DNA of 64,000 nt from Spirochaetia bacterium. Lineage in GTDB: Bacteria; Spirochaetota; Spirochaetia; SP-2023. The DNA lies in the NCBI GenBank assembly GCA_965225855.1, contig CBDDCK010000005.1, positions 128,001 to 192,000 of the forward strand, read 5' to 3'. Shown here in pieces: positions 48,770 through 58,900 of the stretch. Position 1 is the stretch's first letter. Every line of letters starts with the position of its first letter. The notes under the pieces were generated by a model. That model searched no databases, was not told the origin of the DNA, and saw only the letters and a list, made by a program, of their open reading frames with translations. Made by a program: the position numbers and the translations under genes.

Positions 48770-49657
48770 ATGATATACCGCTTGAGTGATGATATACCGG
48801 AAGTTGCTGGCTATGTTGCCCAGTCCGCCCAGATTATTGGTAAAGTACGGATTATGGAAGGCGCATCTGTTTGGATGGGTGCGGTTCTGCGAGGCGATGT
48901 CGAGGCCATTGAGCTAGGGCCCGGCAGTAACGTACAAGAAAATAGTTCACTTCATACCAGCCACGGCTTACCATTGCTGATTGGTCAGAATGTTACCATT
49001 GGCCACAGTGCTACGCTGCACAGTTGTATTATCGGCGATGGGGTTTTAATTGGTATGGGCGCAACGCTACTCGATGGTGCTGAAATTGGCACGGGCAGCT
49101 TGGTTGCGGCTGGTTCCCTTGTAACGCCCGGTAGTAGATTCCCCGAAAATTCCTTTATTGTTGGTTCGCCAGCCAAGCGCCAAAAAGAGCTGGGGCAAGC
49201 TGCCCGTGATGAAATTCTAACTAATGCCAAGTTCTATAGAGAGCTTAGCCGGCGTTACCAAACGGAATTGGTGCCACTACAGCAAAGGCTATACAACCAC
49301 ACCCAAATACAGCAGTTAGCAGAGCAGCAATGGAAGCTTGTTGTCTATGTGCCACTAGAAACCGCAGCAAGCACTTCAAACATCATAGAAGAGCTCAAAG
49401 CAGCTTTATTCCAAGCGGGCGCGGGCGAGATTGGACTGTACCGCAATTGTTGTTGGCAAAGCCAAGGGCAAGGGCAGTTCTTACCGCAAACGGCAAGTCA
49501 GCCTACTATTGGTGAGGCAGGGCAATTGTGCCAGCTAATGGAATATAAACTGGAGATGCTGTGTTCGGTTCGTCATCTAAAGCCAGTCTTAGACGCTTTG
49601 TACCTCATTCACCCCTATGAATGCCCTGCCTACGAGATATACCCTATATATCAATAA
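48770..49657 (+). CDS. Gamma-carbonic-anhydrase-like (YrdA) domain fused to a YqfO/NIF3 PII-like domain
   Basis: AVLRGD, SNVQENSSLH, VTIGHSATLHSC; C-terminal KLVVYVP...AGAGEIG.Y..C...GQF...HPYECPAY. Confidence 0.85.
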   Translation: MIYRLSDDIPEVAGYVAQSAQIIGKVRIMEGASVWMGAVLRGDVEAIELGPGSNVQENSSLHTSHGLPLLIGQNVTIGHSATLHSCIIGDGVLIGMGATLLDGAEIGTGSLVAAGSLVTPGSRFPENSFIVGSPAKRQKELGQAARDEILTNAKFYRELSRRYQTELVPLQQRLYNHTQIQQLAEQQWKLVVYVPLETAASTSNIIEELKAALFQAGAGEIGLYRNCCWQSQGQGQFLPQTASQPTIGEAGQLCQLMEYKLEMLCSVRHLKPVLDALYLIHPYECPAYEIYPIYQ

Positions 49658-49823
49658 TCAATCTGGAACAAGCTAGAGATTATTCTTTCAGCCCTAACTC
49701 AGTATCTATTCTAAAGCCACAACCGACTCACTTTAGGGCCTACAAGATTTTCTCTTCACGGGCTTGGAGTTCTTATCTAGCCGTATTTAAAGATACCTTT
49801 CGTTACTTTCTCTAAATACATTA

Positions 49824-50020
49824 TCAATAAGCCCTGACATAGTCATTCACTAACTCAATATGATCACCATCTTGGGTTAGCAAAAATATACCATTCGCCC
49901 GCACTTGCTCTATCATATCCTCATCAGTGATCAAAGTGCCAAAACCAAAATATAGCTTATGCCCGCTATACTCGGGATAGCTTTCTCTAAACTGTTGAAC
50001 TTTGTTTTCAACCAAGTTAT
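49824..50020 (-). pseudogene. C-terminal fragment of a DUF3782 / PD-(D/E)XK-like protein
   Basis: KVQQFRESYPEYSGHKLYFG...GIFLLTQDGDHIELVND; no N-terminal part. Confidence 0.6.
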
Positions 50021-50216
50021 GCATGCATGTCCTGCACTCTATCCTCTAACCAGCCGATTGGCGCTTGGGACACCTCGCACATTAGCACTATGCAAAGCAT
50101 GTTCTATGATTCTCCAATGGCAAGGCAGTGGGCAAAGCAGTGGACTAATTGGCCCAAGCAGTAAGTGGGGCATGCAGCAAAGCAATTTACCCTTGGAAGG
50201 CCCTTATTAGTTGAGT

Positions 50217-50258
50217 TACAAGAGCTATTCTTGACGGCCGTCAAGAATAGCTCTTGTA
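50217..50258. repeat. Perfect 42-bp palindrome without a loop
   Basis: TACAAGAGCTATTCTTGACGG|CCGTCAAGAATAGCTCTTGTA. Confidence 0.97.
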
Positions 50259-50285
50259 GGGCGTAAGGCTAGCAAAGTTGGGGCT

Positions 50286-50585
50286 TCCATTGATTGCATC
50301 AAACTAGGCTGTTGGGCTTGCCTAAAACGCTGCTAGCCATTAAACGAACGCTATAACTCTATGGTAGAACTAGCACCAGCCAACATGCACTAATGCTACT
50401 CTATACCGATGGTTTGCGTTGGGCTAGGTGAGAACTGCGCCCTGAAGACAAACACCGGAAGGGCTGCGCCGGAATGTCTTGCTAGAAATGATTGATGCAA
50501 TTGCGGGCCTAACGCAACAGCAAGTCGATAAGCTGCAATAGGAAAGCTAGCCTAACAGAAAGTAATAACTACCTAGGCCGTGAAG
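50286..50585 (+). repeat. ~300-bp dispersed repeat, copy 1
   Basis: Highly similar to the reverse complement of 61496-61795. Confidence 0.95.
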
Positions 50586-50665
50586 TGGAATATTTGTAGC
50601 CCTAGCAATTATCCCTAGTTAAAGAGTAATATAATGGGTTCTTTGCGCTGCTATTATTAAAAATC

Positions 50666-51775
50666 CTAGTCCAAATACAGCCGTGGCACTCTGGCGCTAA
50701 TCGAAGTGAGCACTTCATAAGGTATTGTGTTTGTTTGGTTAGCCATATCTTGGGCATTGAAGTGCGGGCCCAATAATTCCACATCTTGCTCTAATAAATG
50801 CTCAAGCGCCACAGCATCATCTTGGCTTTGGGCCTGCGCTGCCCATTCAGTCAAGTCTATCATCATCTGATCCATACAGACATTGCCCACCACAGGGCAT
50901 AACTGATCCCTAAACAAAACCTGCCCCCGATTAGACAACAAGCGCGAATAACCATCGGCATAGCCAATCGGCAGCAAAGCTAGCAATGAGTCCCGTGGTG
51001 CAACCCAAGTACCGCCATACGAAACCTTTGCCCCTCGTGGGACTTTCTTCACCAAACCGATTTTGGTCTTTAAGATCAAGACTGGCAGTAGCTCTGGCAC
51101 ATCTACACAATAACCATAAGCACCTATACCAATGCGCACCATATCAAAATGGCTCTCTGGATAGTGTATAGCTGCTGCTGAATTTGCTATGTGGACACAA
51201 GGCACCGCTATCCCATGGCGATGTAGTTGCTGCACAATCCTTTGGAAGCATTCAAACTGGCGCTGGGTTTGCACAGGGTCGCTTTCAATAGAAGCAAAAT
51301 GGCTACATAGGCCATACAATTCCAATGCATGGTTAAGCCTTACTTGCTGGGCAAGCTGTAACACCTTATCAGGTAGAACCCCGGCCCGGCACATACCCGT
51401 ATCCACCTTCAAGTGGAGCCTCAGCCGCATATTGTGCTTTGCAGCTTGAGTTTGATAATCAGGCAAATAAGCGCAATGGCTGAGCAACGGCTGAAGCTCC
51501 AATTCGCAGATATAGGGAATCTCTTTTCTTAGGTGTGGAGACAGCAATAAAATCGGCTGCTTGATTCCAGCTTGTCGTAGGGCTGCCGCTTCTTCTACCG
51601 TAGCTACTGCAAAGCTATCCACTGGGGAGCGCAAACTTAATTCGCTCAAACCATGGCCATAAGCATTGCCCTTAACCGCCAAACACAGCTTGGTTGTAGC
51701 CTTTAGCTGCGAGCGAAAGAAATTCAAATTGTGATAGAAATTAGGTAAACTGATTTCCGATCGGCTGGCCCTCAT
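50666..51775 (-). CDS. alr: Alanine racemase
   Basis: AVKGNAYGHG, HLKVDTGM, HIANSAA, IGYADGY, GNVCMDQ, PYEVLT. Confidence 0.97.
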   Translation of the reverse strand: MRASRSEISLPNFYHNLNFFRSQLKATTKLCLAVKGNAYGHGLSELSLRSPVDSFAVATVEEAAALRQAGIKQPILLLSPHLRKEIPYICELELQPLLSHCAYLPDYQTQAAKHNMRLRLHLKVDTGMCRAGVLPDKVLQLAQQVRLNHALELYGLCSHFASIESDPVQTQRQFECFQRIVQQLHRHGIAVPCVHIANSAAAIHYPESHFDMVRIGIGAYGYCVDVPELLPVLILKTKIGLVKKVPRGAKVSYGGTWVAPRDSLLALLPIGYADGYSRLLSNRGQVLFRDQLCPVVGNVCMDQMMIDLTEWAAQAQSQDDAVALEHLLEQDVELLGPHFNAQDMANQTNTIPYEVLTSISARVPRLYLD

Positions 51776-51789
51776 ACCTTTAGGGAACT

Positions 51790-53172
51790 TTAGCTATGCT
51801 TCGCCATGGGATTCACAGGTAGGCCTACAGCATAATAAGTAAAGCCCAACTTTGCCAAATACTCTGGCTGGAATTGGGTGCGCCCATCAAACAGCAATGG
51901 GGTCTTTAATTCATTCTTCAGCCTCAGCCAATCAGGGCTAAGAAACTCATGCCATTCGGTCAATAATATCAGGGCATCGGCTTCGGCAACGGCTTCATAA
52001 GCAGAGGCCACATAGTGTAGGGCTGTCTGCTGGTTATCGCTAATGCTATTGCTATCTTCCAAACACACTTCGCACTGCACACGGCCTTTTGGGCAATAGG
52101 CAGAAATACTGGCTCCGGCTTGCAATAATTGCTCTATCAAAACTAAGCTAGGTGCTTCGCGTACATCATCCGTATCGGGTTTATAACTCAACCCCCACAG
52201 CGCAAAATGCTTGCCCGAAAGTGCTTGACTAGAGCCAAAATGCTCACAGATATTGCGAAAGGCCCATTGCTTTTGCTGGTGGTTGCGCATCGTTACCGCT
52301 TTCAAAATACCTGCATTTAGCTTATGCTCCTCAAAACTATGGCGCAGGGCCACCAAATCTTTGGGGAAGCAACTGCCACCATAGCCTACACCGGGGTATA
52401 AAAAGCTGTTGCCAATGCGACTATCGCTGCCAATACCCTCGCGCACATCATGGATATTGGCCCCTACCGCCACACATAAATCGGCAATTTCATTGATAAA
52501 GGAAATGCGAGTGGCCAGCATGGCGTTGGCAGCATATTTCGTCAATTCCGCACTGCGCAGACTCATGCATAAAATGCGTCCTTTCGGGTTGCGATAAACC
52601 ATTGGGCGATATAGCTCTATCATCGTATCTAATGCTTTTGAATCATCACTCCCCAGTACCACACGGTCTGGACTGGAAAAATCGCTAATGGCTTTACCTT
52701 CTTTAAGAAACTCTGGGTTACTAACAACGCTAAAAGAAATTGCAATATTACGGTTTTGCAATTCTTCAGCAATAATTTGGTGCACACGATCCCCCGTGCC
52801 AACTGGTACTGTAGATTTATCAACCACAATTAACGGATGCTCCATTTGCTGGCCAATCTCTTTGGCTACAGCATAAACTGCGGTGAGGTCAGCAGCTCCG
52901 CTTTTCATCATGGGAGTCCCCACCGCAATAAAAATAATCTCTACTGTATCCATTACTTCAGCCAGATTGAAATGGAAAGAGATAGAGCCTTGGCAGATAT
53001 TATTTTGCATTAAGGTGTTCAGCCCTGGTTCGTAGATGGGTAGTTGGTTGTTTTTTAAACTTTCAATGCGCTCTTTGTCGCGGTCAATACAATAGACACG
53101 ATTTCCGTGATTGGCAAAGCAGGCTCCGGAAACCAAGCCAACATAGCCACTACCAATCATTGCAATTTTCAT
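51790..53172 (-). CDS. ugd: UDP-glucose 6-dehydrogenase
   Basis: GSGYVGLV, KSTVPVG, SNPEFL, GYGGSCFPKD, KPDTDDVREAP. Confidence 0.96.
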   Translation of the reverse strand: MKIAMIGSGYVGLVSGACFANHGNRVYCIDRDKERIESLKNNQLPIYEPGLNTLMQNNICQGSISFHFNLAEVMDTVEIIFIAVGTPMMKSGAADLTAVYAVAKEIGQQMEHPLIVVDKSTVPVGTGDRVHQIIAEELQNRNIAISFSVVSNPEFLKEGKAISDFSSPDRVVLGSDDSKALDTMIELYRPMVYRNPKGRILCMSLRSAELTKYAANAMLATRISFINEIADLCVAVGANIHDVREGIGSDSRIGNSFLYPGVGYGGSCFPKDLVALRHSFEEHKLNAGILKAVTMRNHQQKQWAFRNICEHFGSSQALSGKHFALWGLSYKPDTDDVREAPSLVLIEQLLQAGASISAYCPKGRVQCEVCLEDSNSISDNQQTALHYVASAYEAVAEADALILLTEWHEFLSPDWLRLKNELKTPLLFDGRTQFQPEYLAKLGFTYYAVGLPVNPMAKHS

Positions 53173-53381
53173 ATCTGTCCTCGTTATTTTTTACAGTTTT
53201 TGCAAGTGCGAATAGTACGCAAATTTCAGATTTTATCCAAGATAACTAAAGGAATATACTAAAAAAATGAATACAATAACAAACAGCAATAGAGCAAGAC
53301 CAATAGTGTTTTTTATTTACAAATTTATTGGTTTCGTAACCTTGTTCTCGTAGCGTTTGCTAACTATAATCTGCAACAAAT

Positions 53382-55895
53382 TTGTCGGCAATTGACGTAA
53401 TTAATAACCTGGATAGTATTTGTGAACAATCCCTGGATATGAAAACACATTGCGGCGAAACATTCGATGGGACTATTTTTTTGTTGTCATTAAACTCTCC
53501 ATACTTTGGGATTCGCAAATATCGCAGCATAATTCTTACTACTGTGATATTACTGGTATTTATTGTTGCTCCATACACTCTTTCTTATCGGCCTTCCGTC
53601 AACGTAAACAATTTAAGCTATGTTTCGGAAAATACGTTAGAAGCCAAAAAAGCTTACCTAGATGCCTTTGGTAGTCCCGATAGCAATGCATTCTATTTGG
53701 AAGGTATAGACTTTCTTAGTGAAAAAGGTATTAATTTTCTCTATCAATTTGAACAAGATATCCAAGCTCAAATTCCATTTTTAAAAGATAGTAATTCGAT
53801 TATAAAACTATTCCCCCCGAGTATCCACTTACCCTTAGAAATTGGTAGCCCTGAAGCAGAGCGCAACCAAAAGTGGCTAAAGCGTAGAGCACTAAGCAGC
53901 TTGGTTACAGCCAGACAAATTATCTCTGAAGATGGGCGTAAAACTTTATTGGTAATGGATTTTGAAACTCTGCCCAGCGAGCAAGAATTAGCAGTCCAAG
54001 GCCTACCAGTAGAATCTCCATATATTAGCATTGGGCGCGCAATGGAAAAACTTTTGCAAGATTATCTATTGAAATGGGCAAGATTAGCTACCGCGCAAGC
54101 AGACAAACAAAGGCAGGAAAAGCCCACACAAGAATTAAAAATTTGGAGTAGTGGTGCCGCACATATTGTCTACCAACAATTTTCTTTTTATCTCAAAGAT
54201 TTGAGGAAAATATTCATCTTACTTCTTTGCGTCATGCTATTGTTGATTTTTCTGATGTTGCGCTCTTGGTTGGCATTTATTGGTACAATCTCTGTTTCGA
54301 TTCTAGCCAATTGGCTAACAATCGGCTTTATGTCCATACTCGGTTTTAGTGTAGATTTAACCTTCCTAATGATTCCAGTAACCATTGGTATTGCAACTGC
54401 CATAGGCTATTCGGTGCATTTTTATAACCATTTTAAGCATAGCTTGCAACACACAAGCGTTGACACCGCCCTAGCTATTGCTTGGCTACGCTGCATTCAG
54501 CCCATTACTTTTACCGCTCTAACTACTATGTTTTCGTTTTTGAGCTTGTGGCTAGTCCCTATCCCAGCTATACAAGCAACTGGCTATGTCTGCTTGTTAG
54601 AAACTCTACTTATCTATATTTTGACCATGACACTTTTCCCTCTGCTGCTAAGCTTTACCAATTTTAAAGAAAAATATAATAAATTGCAGTTGCATAATAA
54701 CTGGGCACTTTCAGTACAGCTCGAACGCCTAATTAAATTTTCTTTTCGTTTCCAAAAGACGATTCTCAGTTCAGCTTTATTACTATTTCTAATCGGACTG
54801 TATTATATTTCTGGATTGCGCGCCAATTATAAATTTTCCGAATTTATGGGCCAAGAAAATCAAATTGTAAAAGATTTAGCCTACTTAGAGCAAACAGAAT
54901 TTGCGCCTGTGGGGAATGTAAGCATTATAGTTTATAACGAAAATGGACTGTTCATGAATGGGGATGAAGGCATTGCGATGCTGCAAAATTTAAATAAAAT
55001 CCTAAAGGAAATAGAAAAAGAAGATGCCATAAAACATAGTTTCTGGTTGGGTGAGTTGATTGAAGATGCTGCACAAATTAAGGGCCAAAAAAATGGGGTG
55101 GCCTCCATAAGCAGTATGGCCGAGCTAAACGGATTACTATTGCTTTCTAAGCGGCTTAGCCGTTTTGATGCTGCAAGATGGCTATCCCTAGACCAAAAAA
55201 GTTTGCGCATATTGCTGGAAGTGAAAACTTTTGAAAGCCAGCCTTTTATCGCCTTGATCGAAAAATATCGCCAACAAATAGAAACGGCTGCCCCAGGTTC
55301 GCGCGCATTTTTTACAGGCTTTATTATGGATACCAGCCGCGGGGATTTATTGATGACACAAAGTTTTATTAAATCTATTATCTTTTCGATCCTCATTGTT
55401 TTTGCGTTGTTGTTACTGATTTTCCGCCGCTTGTATGTAACCTTAGTGTCCCTAATACCCAATGTCTTTTCTATTGTGATGATTGGTGGGATTATTTCTT
55501 TCTTAGATATTAATTTAAATTCGTTTAATTTTTTGATGTTTCCTATGGTAATTGGGCTAATTGTCGATGACACAATTCATTTTTTTCATACTGTGGTTAG
55601 TCGCTTTGATTCTTCTAAAAACTATAAAATATCTATTAATATGGCTTTAGCAAAAGTTGGGCCGGCTTTAGTGGAAACTACAATTATTCTTTGTACTACA
55701 TTTTCGGTATTTTTCTTTTCCAAATTTCAGGGGCTAGCCTACATGGGGGTATTCACGGTTATCGTAATCTTAATTGCTTTGTATGCCGATTTGGTCTTGG
55801 GACCGCTTTGCCTTTCTCTACTGCCAATAGACAAATTACAGCACAAACCTTTGCCCCGTTTAATGTTGTGGAAACCGATTTCCAAACATAAGTAA
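53382..55895 (+). CDS. MMPL/RND family membrane transporter (start uncertain)
   Basis: Two-fold TM repeat; GIATAIGYSVH, PITFTALTT, GLIVDDTIHF. Confidence 0.85.
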   Translation: MSAIDVINNLDSICEQSLDMKTHCGETFDGTIFLLSLNSPYFGIRKYRSIILTTVILLVFIVAPYTLSYRPSVNVNNLSYVSENTLEAKKAYLDAFGSPDSNAFYLEGIDFLSEKGINFLYQFEQDIQAQIPFLKDSNSIIKLFPPSIHLPLEIGSPEAERNQKWLKRRALSSLVTARQIISEDGRKTLLVMDFETLPSEQELAVQGLPVESPYISIGRAMEKLLQDYLLKWARLATAQADKQRQEKPTQELKIWSSGAAHIVYQQFSFYLKDLRKIFILLLCVMLLLIFLMLRSWLAFIGTISVSILANWLTIGFMSILGFSVDLTFLMIPVTIGIATAIGYSVHFYNHFKHSLQHTSVDTALAIAWLRCIQPITFTALTTMFSFLSLWLVPIPAIQATGYVCLLETLLIYILTMTLFPLLLSFTNFKEKYNKLQLHNNWALSVQLERLIKFSFRFQKTILSSALLLFLIGLYYISGLRANYKFSEFMGQENQIVKDLAYLEQTEFAPVGNVSIIVYNENGLFMNGDEGIAMLQNLNKILKEIEKEDAIKHSFWLGELIEDAAQIKGQKNGVASISSMAELNGLLLLSKRLSRFDAARWLSLDQKSLRILLEVKTFESQPFIALIEKYRQQIETAAPGSRAFFTGFIMDTSRGDLLMTQSFIKSIIFSILIVFALLLLIFRRLYVTLVSLIPNVFSIVMIGGIISFLDINLNSFNFLMFPMVIGLIVDDTIHFFHTVVSRFDSSKNYKISINMALAKVGPALVETTIILCTTFSVFFFSKFQGLAYMGVFTVIVILIALYADLVLGPLCLSLLPIDKLQHKPLPRLMLWKPISKHK

Positions 55896-55985
55896 ATAAG
55901 GCTTAAAAATGGGGATATGATTTGGATTGATTGCCAGAAACACTATTTTTTGCTAGTTTATAGAATCAATTTATAAGGGTTATCG

Positions 55986-57392
55986 ATGAGTATAAAAGAG
56001 CACTACCGCATTGCTTTTATTTCAGGAAAAATGGGAGATGTCGATGGAGTTTCTCTCGAAATAGATAAATGGATCAAAGTTTTGTCCGAGCTTGGCCATG
56101 AGATATTTGTCATTGCAGGAGAGTTTACCAACCAAGTGGAAAATGTGGCGCAGGAAAATCATTTCCAAGTACCAGAAATTAATTTTGATACGCAAACACA
56201 AAAAGAAATAGAAAACATTGCCTTTCCCTATATCACAAGTAACAAACTTTCTATACCAATAGACGAAGTGAGCCATCGCTTGTTGTTAGATCGTATTTGG
56301 AGAGAAGGCATAGATGTTGCCAACAAGCTCCAAAATTTTTTCTTTGAGAATAAAATTGATGTTATGGTTGGTGAGAATACCAACGCCATGCCCATGTCCA
56401 TACTGGCTGGGGTTGCTATTTATACCATTGCAACCGAACGCAATATGGCTTGTTTGTTTCATCACCATGATTTTTGGTGGGAACGCAGCCGTTTTTACAA
56501 TAATCACATTGCAGAGCTACTGAATAAAGTTATGCCACCAAGCGCATTGAGTATTGAACATGTGGTAATCTCATCTTATGCAGAGCATGTTCTATTTACC
56601 TTTAAGCGCATTGCAGCCCACATTGTGCCCAACTGTGAAGATTTTTCCAACCCTCCACTAAAAGATGAATACAACTGTGATCTGCGAGAAAATTTTGGTA
56701 TAAAAAAAGACGAGTTATTTGTGTTACAGCCAACGCGCATTGTACCGCGGAAAAAAATTGAAGATTCAATTCGCTTTTTAGGAGCATTTGCTCGCCATTT
56801 TCCCAAATATAAAGGCAAAATTCGTTTCATTATTTCCCTATATTCGGGTGATGAAGGGCTCAATTACCTACCCTATTTGGAAAATATTGCCGAGCAAGAA
56901 GGTATTTCTATGGAAGTGATTGCTGATCGAGTGGGCGCAGTGCGCGGCACAGATGAGCAAGGGCGCAAAATATACACAAACCGAGATGTGTTAGTGAATG
57001 CGGATTTTGCCACTTATTTACCTGTATGGGAAGGTTTTGGCAACGCATTATTGGAAGCTTGGGCTGCCCGTTTACTTACCGTAGTTAGCACTTATTTAGT
57101 GTATAAAACAGATATTCGCACTATTGGCCCGCGCGGTGTGGAACTAGTGAATAACTATGATGAAGATGGGAATTTAATCATATCGACCCAAGCTCTTGAA
57201 GATTTAGAAACAATCCTGCAGAACTCTGAATTGAAACAAACGATTATTGAGCATAATTTTGAAATGGCAAAAAAAGCGTTTAGTTTAGAAACATTAAAAA
57301 ACACTTTGGATAAAATTTTTACAGATTATAGCGATGAAATACGCGCTTCTCGCAGGAGAATGAAGCGGGCTGAACATATATTCAGTGTCTAA
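55986..57392 (+). CDS. GT4 glycosyltransferase, mannosylglucosylglycerate synthase-like
   Basis: DGVSLEIDKW, HHHDFWWER, QPTRIVPRKKIE, WEGFGNALLEA. Confidence 0.8.
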   Translation: MSIKEHYRIAFISGKMGDVDGVSLEIDKWIKVLSELGHEIFVIAGEFTNQVENVAQENHFQVPEINFDTQTQKEIENIAFPYITSNKLSIPIDEVSHRLLLDRIWREGIDVANKLQNFFFENKIDVMVGENTNAMPMSILAGVAIYTIATERNMACLFHHHDFWWERSRFYNNHIAELLNKVMPPSALSIEHVVISSYAEHVLFTFKRIAAHIVPNCEDFSNPPLKDEYNCDLRENFGIKKDELFVLQPTRIVPRKKIEDSIRFLGAFARHFPKYKGKIRFIISLYSGDEGLNYLPYLENIAEQEGISMEVIADRVGAVRGTDEQGRKIYTNRDVLVNADFATYLPVWEGFGNALLEAWAARLLTVVSTYLVYKTDIRTIGPRGVELVNNYDEDGNLIISTQALEDLETILQNSELKQTIIEHNFEMAKKAFSLETLKNTLDKIFTDYSDEIRASRRRMKRAEHIFSV

Positions 57393-57409
57393 GATTTTTA
57401 GGTACTATA

Positions 57410-58900
57410 GTGGCAAAATACATACACTTTGCGTTAAATGTCAGTATACAGTTTGTCTTACTGATGTTGGCTTATTATGCAGCACTCAGTTTTTATCGCT
57501 ATTATTTTGATGCCGCCTTAAATGCCGTACCCATCTACTTATCGCTTTTGGGGGTATTTTTAGCCGTCTATTTTGTTTTAATGTGGCGGGACTTATATGC
57601 CCACGACGTGCATTCCTACCTAAAAGTTACCACATTCATTATAGGGAAAAACTTAGGGATAGCTATACTTTCGGTAGCTTGCGTCATAATTGCCGAATTT
57701 ATCATTGTCGATGATTTTGAAGTAATTCCCGGGAAAGTCTTTATTTTTTTCGCTTTCGGTGCCGTAGCTTTATTTTTAATGCATATGCTTTATTATTTGT
57801 GGCTAAAAAGCCTTTCATATCATGGTTATTTTCACAAGAAAGTTATGCTGGTTGGGCATTCTAGCAACCGTTTCCATGTTGAAAAGTTCTTCCAAGATAT
57901 GGGAGAAACAAAGGAATTTTGTGGCACTTTGAGTGTGAGTGAACAACTTTCTAGCTCCAAAGAAGCTGAAGAGCCTGTCTGGGTATGGGATACTCACCCA
58001 ATTTGGAACCCTGATAACGGCTCTAACAACGCGCACCCAAAAGAATACCCCCAACATCTTATAGACATTATCTACAAGCATCAAATTGGTGAGCTGGTGA
58101 TTTTTCTAGGGCCCAAACTTTCAGAAAGAATATTGAATTTTATTACCTATATTTGTGATGAAAATGCAATTGGTTACTACATCGTTCCCGATTTATCTTC
58201 CCTACCACGTACCAAACATTGGGATAAATTTTTTTCGTATGTTCCGATAATCGTTCATAATACTACCAATAGAGATAATTTATTTAATATTTCTATCAAG
58301 CGTCTGTTCGATATAATAGTATCTTTGGTTATCCTCGCTCTATTTTTGCCGTTGGGCTTGATCATCAGCCTATTGATATTCCTCACAGATTTTGGCCCGA
58401 TATTTTATGTTAGTAAACGGGTGGGTAAAGATGGCCAAATTATTCCATTCTTTAAATTTCGTTCGATGCATCGGAATGCAGAAAAAATGAAAGCAAAATT
58501 GTTGGTTTTCAATGAACGCACAGGCGATGGCCCACTGTTCAAAATGAAAAATGATCCACGGGCCACGCGCATTGGCCAGTTTTTGCGGCGTACCAGCCTC
58601 GATGAATTCCCTCAATTTATCAATGTTTTGCTGGGCCATTTGAGTATTATTGGCCCGCGCCCCCACTTACCAGAAGAAGTACAACATTACATAGGTAAAG
58701 ATTTTATGCGTTTAGAGTGTATGCCGGGCATATCGTGTTTGCCCCAATTGCGCAATCGCGATCAAATGGGGTTTCATGAATGGATTAACTTTGATCTCTA
58801 CTACCGTAAAAATTGGACTTTGCTTTTAGATTTTTATATTTTTTGGATGACAGGCTTATTGTTCTTAAAATCTTTTTTCACCAATACAAAAAATTCATGA
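57410..58900 (+). CDS. Polyprenyl-phosphate glycosyl-1-phosphate transferase (WcaJ-like priming sugar transferase)
   Basis: IKRLFD, FKFRSM, NDPRATRIGQFLRRTSLDEFPQF, IIGPRP. Confidence 0.93.
   Translation: MAKYIHFALNVSIQFVLLMLAYYAALSFYRYYFDAALNAVPIYLSLLGVFLAVYFVLMWRDLYAHDVHSYLKVTTFIIGKNLGIAILSVACVIIAEFIIVDDFEVIPGKVFIFFAFGAVALFLMHMLYYLWLKSLSYHGYFHKKVMLVGHSSNRFHVEKFFQDMGETKEFCGTLSVSEQLSSSKEAEEPVWVWDTHPIWNPDNGSNNAHPKEYPQHLIDIIYKHQIGELVIFLGPKLSERILNFITYICDENAIGYYIVPDLSSLPRTKHWDKFFSYVPIIVHNTTNRDNLFNISIKRLFDIIVSLVILALFLPLGLIISLLIFLTDFGPIFYVSKRVGKDGQIIPFFKFRSMHRNAEKMKAKLLVFNERTGDGPLFKMKNDPRATRIGQFLRRTSLDEFPQFINVLLGHLSIIGPRPHLPEEVQHYIGKDFMRLECMPGISCLPQLRNRDQMGFHEWINFDLYYRKNWTLLLDFYIFWMTGLLFLKSFFTNTKNS

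Noticed and set aside
53267..53510. Insertion disrupting the 5' end of the MMPL gene
   Set aside because: A 28-codon upstream ORF and an atypical N-terminus are suggestive, but no element ends or homology support it.
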